Positions 54,183 to 64,000 of a stretch of DNA of 64,000 nucleotides are shown piece by piece. This DNA is from Octopus sinensis (Eukaryota). The notes under the pieces were generated by a model. The model ran no database searches and was not told the origin of the DNA. It saw only the letters and a program-made list of their open reading frames with translations. The DNA is taken from the NCBI RefSeq assembly GCF_006345805.1, contig NC_043003.1:54560001-54624000 (forward strand). The letters are read 5' to 3'. The stretch's first letter is position 1, and every line of letters begins with the position of its first letter. A program made the position numbers and the translations under genes.

Positions 54183-55105
54183 TAAAATTTTATTAAGGAG
54201 GAGAGCCAGCAGAACCCAATTCTTAGTGATAAGACCAGGCCTACAAATACAATGTACGAGATAGACGAAAGATGGAAGGGATGCTGGGAGCTGGCCACGG
54301 ATTTGGAAAGACTAGTAATATTTCCACTCATAAAAACGACAAAAAGACAAGATTTAGTCCTATGGGACAGAGAACGGAGAGTAGGAATTTTGCTAGAACT
54401 GACAGTGCCATGGGAAGAGAACGTCGGCAATGCAGATAAACGAAAGGAGAGAGGTACGAAAAACTAATCGAAGAGTGCATAGAACAGAGATGGAATGTCG
54501 AGTATTATCACCTGGCAGTAGGTGCTAGGGGCTTCATTGAAGGAAAAATGACAACGTTATTCAAAAGAAGATTTGCATTTTCTCCCTCGGAACTGAGAAA
54601 ACTAATAGGGAGAATAGAGGAGGCGGTCGAAAAAGCTAGCTTCTATATATGGTGGAACCCAAAATAGCTTGAAAGTCATAACATGCCGGCAGGAAAATAA
54701 CATCACCAGGTGAGACAGGCTGACACTGAAGTAGCTTCGCTGATTGATAGGTGACGGTCTCGTTTAGAGAATGCGTGGGTTAAGACTACGCGCCCTCCAT
54801 TGGTCAGTTAAAATTTAGACAGTGTCACGTGACAACTTGCTGGGGCAGCCTGCAGCAGCCTACTGCAGGTATTTAAAGGGAAATTTGACGAGACAGTCAG
54901 TCGCCCGCTGACACTCGTTGACGCTTCATCGAAGAGGCCAGGGAAGAGAAGAAAGAAGGAAAAAGAAAATATACACTCAACACCAGAGCTGAAGACACCT
55001 CCGAAAAAAAGGGGGGGGGGGCTCCACGTCAAAACGGTAGAGGAATAGGGGCCGAAACCGATCGTGGTTCCGCCTGATGATTTCTTGAGCTAACTGGATC
55101 CTATA
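54183..55105 (+). mobile_element. HERO-like (RLE-bearing) non-LTR retrotransposon 3' end
   Basis: WELATDL..LVIFP..TTKRQDLVLW...ILLELTVPWEE...RK / YEKL..EC...W.....AVGARGF...AVEKASFYIW: PD-(D/E)xK restriction-like endonuclease typical of HERO. One frameshift, stop at about 54666, then 3' UTR. Confidence 0.88.
55035..55085 (+). ncRNA. Candidate permuted/pseudoknotted hammerhead in the HERO-like 3' UTR
   Basis: CGGU-A-GAGGAA-U-AGGGG-CC-GAAACCG-7nt-UUCCGC-CUGAUGA-UUUCU: stem III 4 bp, stem I 5/6, stem II 5 bp with three G-U. Predicted cleavage after A55039. Confidence 0.45.
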
Positions 55106-55947
55106 AAGGAGCTGGTGTGGTAGTAGCCCACGAAACATGGTTCAAATTCTTCTCTTTACATTTTGAGCTCATATTCCACCGAGATCTTGCCTCTCATTAT
55201 TCCAGTGTCGATGAAACAGAATACCAGTCAAGTTTTGGGATGAATATAATCGAATAAACCGCCTTCTTAAAAGTGATGGTTTCGTGTCAAAATTTTGAAA
55301 GAAATATCATTAAGAATGGTTGTAATATTCTGAAAAATCGTTATTAACAATAAAGTAAAAATGAATTTATCTTTTTATTACTATTCTAAAAAAAGAAAAA
55401 AAGTGGTAAATATTTCGATATATCCATTTACGATTATGATTAAGTGCAATAGTGACAGTAGTGGTGTAATTAGTAATTATTGTAGTAGCATTAATAATAG
55501 TAGAAACACCGCTAATTACACTATTTTAATATAGTTCATGAAGTTAATTCGATTATTCCATTACTTCTGTCTCAACAGGACACCTCATTGCTAGGAGCAA
55601 ACAAAAGCGCCTCTACACAATTGTTCAGTGCATTAGAAAGAGCAGCCAGTTTCTTCTGAAATGTTAAACTATCGTCTTAAATGACAGCGGTTATATGGTA
55701 CAATTTACAAATTTATTAAAAAAAAAACGGATAGAGTTGATCTTCAGACAGACAAAATCGACAACACTACAGTGCCTAATGCCACCATAGTTAATATACG
55801 TGAAATATGTGTATGAGATATCAATGTGTATCAGCAATGCGAATTCATTCACGCAGACCTAATTTATCGGTTGAATTAATTAGTACTCAACCTGTAATTT
55901 GTAGAGCAACAATATATAAAAACCTATAAAAGCTTATAAAAGTTTAC

Positions 55948-56106
55948 ACGAGTGGCTGTGTTGTAAGTAGCTTGCTTACCAACCACATGGTTCCGGGTTC
56001 AGTCCCACTGCGTGGCACCTTGGGCAAGTGTCTTCTACTATAACCTCGGGCCGACCAAAGCCTTGTGAGTGGATTTGGTAGACGGAAACTGAAAGACACC
56101 TGTCGT

Positions 56107-56186
<80 letters not shown>

Positions 56187-56379
56187 CTGTGTTTGTCCCC
56201 CAACATCGCTTGACAACCGATGCTGGTGTGTTTACGTCCCCGTAACTTAACGGTTCGGCAAAAGAGACCGATAGAATAAGTCCTGGGGTCGATTTGCTCG
56301 ACTAAAGGCGGTGCTCCAGCACGGCCACAGTCAAATGACTGAAACACGTAAAAGAGTAAAGAGTAAAGAGTAAAGAGTA
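55948..56379 (+). mobile_element. CORE-type composite SINE
   Basis: Family head, (CA)n(TA)n(TG)n core, (gtaaaga)n tail. Confidence 0.92.
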
Positions 56380-57504
56380 TTCGCTCACATTCCTTGTTAC
56401 GTTATTATTTGAACAACAGTCTAACCAAGAAAATTATTACAGTTTTTACCTCCTAAAAGACCTCATACAAGCAGACAGCTATTTCGCCATGCGTTGTGAC
56501 ACATAGAGAAAGGCTATAACAAGATCCGAAAATGATTGGTAAAAGTCTGTTATACGTACAATGTTAGTAGAAGAACCAACGTATTACCTGATACCTACAA
56601 AATAAAAATTCACAATTTTCCAGGCTGCTTTGAACTGAAAGTGCGTATTAGCCGGCACCTCACATAATACATATATACACATTGCAAAACACCACCTGTA
56701 AAGAACGAAACACACTTACATGTACACGCTTTCCCTGTATTCGTGGACATTTATGGTCACTCGTAAATACACAGATATATTCAAGTTACTTTTATTTATA
56801 CAAGGTCACAATATTCATACAAACTTTTATGCAATCTGGCATAACATACGAATGCATGACGAGAAATTTTTTATGTACGCGTATTCTACTATACACACGA
56901 AGATAATCATAGTCATGAACACATATAAATACAGTCACATGTACGCATATATGCACACAGCCACGTATGTATAAACACACGATTGCAACTCTATAGTAGA
57001 AAGTTATGTTCTCTGTTGTTCAAGAACGCTGCACACTGTAACGTACTTTCTGTTAGCATTTTTTGATGCAAAAATAGAAACCCTTTTATCGACTACAACA
57101 GTATCCTTCTACCAAGACATGTCGCAATCAACGGCTAGTGGTCAGTGGAAAATATATTCCGATTATATTGTTGATGTAAAATAAAGCAATCCGTATCAAT
57201 TTATTCTGTTTTTGCTCTGTTCTATATTTTCTACATCAGTGCATCATGGACGAAACTCCTAATTATTTTACGGTGGTTTATTTCTACAACCACAGACACA
57301 TCACGTACATGACAAAAGATGGATACCAATGTAGCATATAATATAAACTGGGTGTATATACTAAGCTCATACAGATAGACATATAGTTACGTTTTGTTTA
57401 CGCAAATGTAACAATAAGAAAACTCGTATGGCTACATATCAATTCGCATATGTTCACACCCACACATACATTACTGTGAATATATTGTATTCTTTTATTT
57501 TTTA

Positions 57505-57660
57505 ATCTTTTACTTGTTTCAGTCATTTGACTGCGGCCATGCTGGAGTACCACCTTTAGTCGAACAAATCGACTCCACGACCTAGTCTTTGTAGGCCAAG
57601 TACTTATTCTGTCTGCCCGTTTTGCTGAGCCGCTAAGTTACGGGGATGCAACGACATCAA
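57505..57660 (-). mobile_element. SINE 3' half
   Basis: tacttgtttcagtcatttgactgcggccatgctggag tail. Confidence 0.8.
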
Positions 57661-57799
57661 CTGTATATATAATATTTATAAACAATTCAGAAGGATTTGT
57701 AAGCCGATTTCGTCATATATAAATATCGCTTTACATTGGAGAATATATATATTATTATTATGGTATATTATTGTATATATATATAATTATATATATATA

Positions 57800-57854
57800 A
57801 CCAGGCCTTTCAGGATACACTTAGAGCCAGGAACTTTCCAGCATCCCTCGTATG

Positions 57855-57929
<75 letters not shown>

Positions 57930-58159
57930 TATATATTAGGTCATACCAGGGCCGCGAGTAAGTTCCTGACTCTAAGGGTATTCTAAAAGGCCAGGCTGGA
58001 GGCCCAACCATCGGATTTCTTTTACAGGTCTTAGAAAATCTGAAGGACCACTGCTATAAGTATGTGAATCTGAGAGAGGTATATGTTGAATAGAATCATG
58101 TAACTGACCCTTCCTTATTTTTTCCTACCCAATGCCCGGAACTTTTCAGCACCCCTTCG
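57800..58159. mobile_element. Mariner-like MITE (57946-58159) plus an inverted left-end fragment (57800-57850)
   Basis: TIR family cgagggg.tgctg.aaagttcc.gg present three times around a CA/TA microsatellite. Confidence 0.7.
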
Positions 58160-58284
58160 CATACACAAACACATACACAAACGAACGCACGCACGCATAT
58201 ACAGACACGCTCGCACGCACACACAGACATACAGATACGCATACACACACACAACCATATACAGACTTGTGTATATTTTCTATG

Positions 58285-58900
58285 ACTCGTGGCCCCTACA
58301 TCAAGTCCTATCATAATGGCTCCACTTTTCGCAATCCAAGAACAGGAGAATGCCACAAAATATCTCGAGACCAAGCGAAACTGTGAAGATCTTAATTTCT
58401 CAAGTCGAAACCACAAATGTCGATTATGTAACTCATTATGGATGATTTTTAAGGTAATTAACAGCTACCTGCTCCTGTTATTGCTAAAACAACATAGAAC
58501 ACAATCCAAAGAAATGTCTTCACTAGAATAAATATATTCAACACCTCTGCAATGGAATATTGCTGAAATATTAGCACCAAGCTTCTGTCATGCGTAAATA
58601 TTACAGACCAGGCATAGTTGTTTTGGATAAAAAGGAAACGTCATACACAGGAACAGGCGTTAATTACTTGACAGATGCGAACATCTTTTCGAAAAACAAC
58701 GAGAAACGGAATGTCTCTTAAGAACATCTTCGAAACCTGCAACTCTTCCACATTAATCATAAACTTTCATTCACGACAATGATCATTTTTGTACTAGGTT
58801 ATAGTAGTAAATATCTCAGAGAAAATCCGTAGATGCGAGCGAACATTTTCAAAGTAAAAAAGGTGGCCAGGTAACACTAAAATTGCAAACACCAGTCTGT
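58285..58900 (+). mobile_element. R4/NeSL-like RLE non-LTR retrotransposon remnant
   Basis: [12 protein letters not shown]...KCRLC (AIQDQ motif plus CCHC start) and RPGIVVLDKKE (RPD motif, decayed) at about 58605-58640. Confidence 0.7.
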
Positions 58901-59603
58901 AAGCAGAACAGTAAAATTATGAATTTTTTTTTTTAAAGTGCGATATGTACTAACATAGCAGCTATTCAAACTCCAACGATAGCTCTTATATTTCTTTGAT
59001 AGAAGCAATCTTCCGCTTTCTTAAAAAGGAATACACATGCATTTACAAACCCGCAAACACACACAGACACTGATACATTCCGACACACGCGTTTCCATAT
59101 GTATACGTATGATATAAAGTAAGAGCATGAAGACAAAGAAACTAACTACACACAGATATCATGCAAACGGATACATATGACATATAAACTCGAAAATCTG
59201 TACAAAACAACTATCAAATTCTCATAATCACACATACACACACATATATATAGGTAAACACGAAAAACTTCTATGAATTACACAGATTATTGTTGGACAT
59301 AATCACGTTCGTAGGTCTGTGCGAATGTATATACGAAACATGTATGCATGTATGCATTTACGATTGTGTCTGCATGTGTGTTGGTGTGTGTGTGTGTGTG
59401 TGTTTGTGTGTCTTTGTGAGTATGCAATGTGTCTAGGTATAAGTATGCACCATAAAAGCGTATAAAGTAACAACACTCTACATATGCCGCAAACAACCAG
59501 ACAAAAGTTTAAAACAAAAATGGATACCGAAAACTATATCAGTATATATAACAAGAGATGATATTTCATACGTATATAGCAAAAAAATAACAGAAATCAT
59601 ATA

Positions 59604-59618
59604 ATACTACTACTACTG

Positions 59619-59679
<61 letters not shown>
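59604..59679. repeat. (TAC)n trinucleotide microsatellite
   Basis: About 25 units read directly. Confidence 0.97.
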
Positions 59680-60122
59680 AACAGCTACAACAAAAATTAT
59701 GAATAACAACAATAATAATAATTGCAACTATCTTTTTTTTTACTTCTTCTCCCTCCACCTCTTCCCTCTCTTCCTCCTCATTATTATTATTAATACTAGT
59801 AGTGGTAGTATTAGTGTTTTTAATATTTGATATTTCTGCGGTTTTGTTGGTGGTTTTTGTTACTGCTCTCGTTTTCCATAATTTAAAGATACATCAGGAT
59901 TTTTCATTTTGTAATAAGAGAACGAATTTGGTGACTAATGTTATGACTACTATTAATTTTATCATTTTTTTGTCTATGTCGTTAATAGTATTATCAGCCA
60001 TAACAACTTTTCAATAATAACATTATTTTTGTTGTGATTAATTTTATTATTATCAATAATATTATCCCATCAGATATACTGATTTAAAAGGTATAAACGG
60101 ACGCTGTCATATGTGTGCGTGT

Positions 60123-60870
<748 letters not shown>

Positions 60871-61689
60871 CGTATATAGATAGCTACATAAATATGTACG
60901 TATATCTACCCATATATTCTTATATATGTATACACACACAGTAAGATATGTATGTATTTGCACACACACACACATACACACACACCCATATATATATATG
61001 TGTGTGCGTAAATACACCCACACACCCACACACACAATACATATTTTGAATGACAATGTGTATTCATATGTTGTCTGTGCTAATATGTATGTGATGTGTG
61101 CGCATCCGTGTATACGTGTGTATTACTGTGTGTTACTTCATAGATAAATTTTCTTTCGTTATAAACTTAGAAATGCTATATTGTTATTGCGTAACCAGTA
61201 AAGGAAGACACATAAATCTATTTACATCTGGGCAATCGATGGTACGTTGTGAAATCTTATATTGAAATTTATATTTGAATGTTTGTTTCGCATCAGACTC
61301 TTACATTTTCTTGCTCTCTCTTGGAGTGTGTCTCCCATTACCATTCTCTGTTTGAATATAATATGTACAAGGGTGATTGTGGTTGAGTGTGTATGTGTAT
61401 GTCTGGCTACAGTATTGAACTTGCAACCTGTAGGTTGTTGTTTCGATTCACATTTGCGCTATTCTTAGTGTTTCTGAGCAAAACACTCTATTTCACGGTG
61501 CCCCCGTCTACTTAGATCTCAAAGCGACCTACTAGTGTTTTACTAAGAGGACTATTGACCAGCCTGCTTACCTAAGAGGTATAAATTATCTAAAGTAACA
61601 TTGGACATAGAGCGTGAGATATTTGAGGACAGATTTATGTTTATGAAAATAAACACATATAATAACAGGTAGTAACTTTATTAATGAAA

Positions 61690-62560
61690 ATATGCTATGA
61701 GGATAACAATAACCTTTACTTCTCTAATGCTATTCAATAAAGCCACCTTCAGTTTCAACAGCTGGTTCCATATGAGATCTAAATCACCTCCATGTTCGAA
61801 TCAAGGGGTCCTAGTTCATTTTGGACATTACTCTGATTATGGCCAATTTCAAAGAATCTTTGGTGTTATGGGCATGTTAATTGACATCTCTCTCAACAAT
61901 GCTCCACATGTAATAGTCCAATGGATTGAGATCTGAGGAATTAGAAGTAAGGAGGTATCACATGCCCTACATTGCTGACAACCCCTAAAACCATGACAGT
62001 TTCAGGAAATTGTGTATGCATAAGACTTAGAACTTCAGAAGGGTGTGCATATAATCATCTGTCATTTGTTTCGTTAACTTTTTGATCTTGGTCGAAGATT
62101 TTCTCGTTAGAACCAAATCAAGTTTTCTTCTGCTGGATTTTTAAGTTTCTTTAAGAATCTTTTAGATAAGTTTTAGTGATTTTCTTTTGCTTTTTGTGAC
62201 AAATTGACCTTTCCTCGTCATATAAAATTTATATCTGATGTTTTCGTGGACAACAGTTCTGACTGTTCCTTCTGACACATGGAAATCTTTTGCAATTGAC
62301 CTCATGGACTTTCTGGGATTGTAATCAATGGCTTGTTGAACTTTCTGGATAAATTCAGGTGTTCTGATGATTTAAGATCATTTGGAATGTTTTTTATGCT
62401 TTGATACTAATGATACGTTTACGTCTTCCGTCTCCAACTCCTTACAAACTTTGTAGAAGAAAGATATGGCAACTTTTAAAAATCGAGATATTTAAAACAA
62501 GTTAAAAATAATGGCCATTACATATAATTCCTTTATTAGAGCAGTTTGGGCGTACAGCTG
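61690..62560 (-). mobile_element. Degenerate Tc1/mariner (DD37D-like) transposase
   Basis: Minus strand NSSDLNPLDYYMWSIVERDVN..AHNTKDSL at about 61855-61945. Confidence 0.75.
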
Positions 62561-62906
62561 TTTTTCGGTAATCATTATAGGTACATTATTAATAGGTTTA
62601 CTCAATTGGTATATTGATTAAACGAGGTAAATTGAATAACCTAAGAATATTAATGCTATTTTCGTCAGAGCCATTTCTGAAAGTAACAAGCAGAGCACTT
62701 GAGGAGTGGATATGGTTTGCGGAAGGTGGGGGAAAGGCTGGGATGTTCAAGTAGAATACAGAACAGGAGAAGGCAACAAACAAGATGAGGACAAATATCC
62801 GTCAAAAGTAAGTAATGTAAATAATGTACATAATTCCTCATCTCTTACATATACAACTATATCGGGGGAAGGCTGGTTACAATAGGGTGAGACAAACAAA
62901 CAAGTG

Positions 62907-62954
<48 letters not shown>

Positions 62955-63295
62955 TATATATATATGTAAGTATATAAAGCGTCACTGAAGAGGTAACGGG
63001 ATGTGTGACGAAAATCTTAGTCGAAGTACAATAAAGTAACAACATTAATAGCGCCAAAGGGGAAAATAAATATACAGTGCGTGTATTTATTTGGCAAAGA
63101 AAAAAGTGACCATCCCGAAATATAACAATATCCGTTTCAACACACGGTTTCATATCAAGAATCCTGCAAAGGAACTACATAAACGGAACTTGAGCCTCAG
63201 CCTGGCTAGCGAGACGTTGAAAAGTGCTATATGTAGTTGCCTTAAACAAACCATCACAACACAACATAAAAAAATGTTTGTTACCTCTTTATATA

Positions 63296-63500
63296 TTATT
63301 TGTTTCCATCTTTAGACTGCGGTCATGCTGGGGTACCGTCCTGAAGAGGTTTCGTGAAACGAATGGACACCAGTACTAATTCTCTTTTTAAGCCTGGTAT
63401 TATTTCTATCGGACTGTTTGGCCGAACCGCTACATTACGGGGTCGTTAACAAACATCTTTGAAGCAATGATGAGGAACAAACACCGACACAAAACACAAA
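63296..63500 (-). mobile_element. Diverged SINE 3' half
   Basis: gactgcggtcatgctgggg...ttggccgaaccgctacattacgggg. Confidence 0.7.
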
Positions 63501-63570
63501 CACACACACACATACACGGACAGCGGACACATATATGTTTGAGTGAATATGCATTTACATGTATATCTAT

Positions 63571-63656
<86 letters not shown>

Positions 63657-63983
63657 ATCCTATGAACCAAAGGGAAAAACCGAAGGGAAATAAGAGAGCC
63701 ACTTACTGTAATGTGTTTTATTTTTGCATGACACTATTGTCCAAGGTCTTTTCCGTATGCTTTTCTATCCACGGACATACCTAATCTGTTTTCCCCTTTT
63801 ACATTGACATTTCTGTGATACACGATCCCTATTGATCGGTCCCACTTTTATTTTTATTTTCACGATCCCTTTTGATCGGGATTTTACACCCCCTTTCTTT
63901 CCTTTCTCTTCTTCCCCAAAAGAAAAGCTCTACTTTGTATTTTGTCCCTTCTGTGTTCAGTCCAGCTTGGTCAATAAAGAAAT
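63657..63983 (+). mobile_element. Probable LINE 3' UTR fragment inserted in a TATC microsatellite
   Basis: Pyrimidine-rich, ends ttgtcccttctgtgttcag...caataaagaaat, similar to one Meta-SINE tail. Confidence 0.5.
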
Positions 63984-64000
63984 GTATCTCTCTCTCTCTC

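Noticed and set aside
62985-63025. CUGAAGA...GAAA...GUC, possible canonical type I hammerhead
   Set aside because: Stem II is imperfect and no stem I or III pairing could be formed. At most a decayed Penelope-type remnant.
63338-63370. CUGAAGA-GGUUUC-GU-GAAAC hammerhead-like string
   Set aside because: Explained by mutations in an antisense SINE tail; no UH site or stem III.

Overview
AT-rich, microsatellite-dense animal genomic DNA, most likely an octopus (inferred from the tRNA-derived SINE families and the (TA)n/(CA)n/(GA)n/(TATC)n load). No intact, recognisable protein-coding gene is visible. Nearly all track ORFs are microsatellite or SINE translations. After a 100-N gap, about 12.6 kb (1926-14505) is repeated almost exactly at 19121-31734. 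The rest is SINEs (CORE-type composite, Meta-type, V-type), Tc1/mariner remnants and MITEs, and CR1, HERO-like, R4-like and L1/Tx1-like LINE fragments. There is also a 760-bp Penelope-like tandem repeat and two weak spliced small-gene/pseudogene candidates. The main observation is a hammerhead-ribozyme core (CUGAUGA, GAAA, UH) with three supporting helices in a non-canonical, pseudoknotted strand order. It occurs in two sequence-unrelated retroelements: at 15263-15324 (-, second copy 14503-14564) and at 55035-55085 (+). Family names are recognised from memory, not from database searches.
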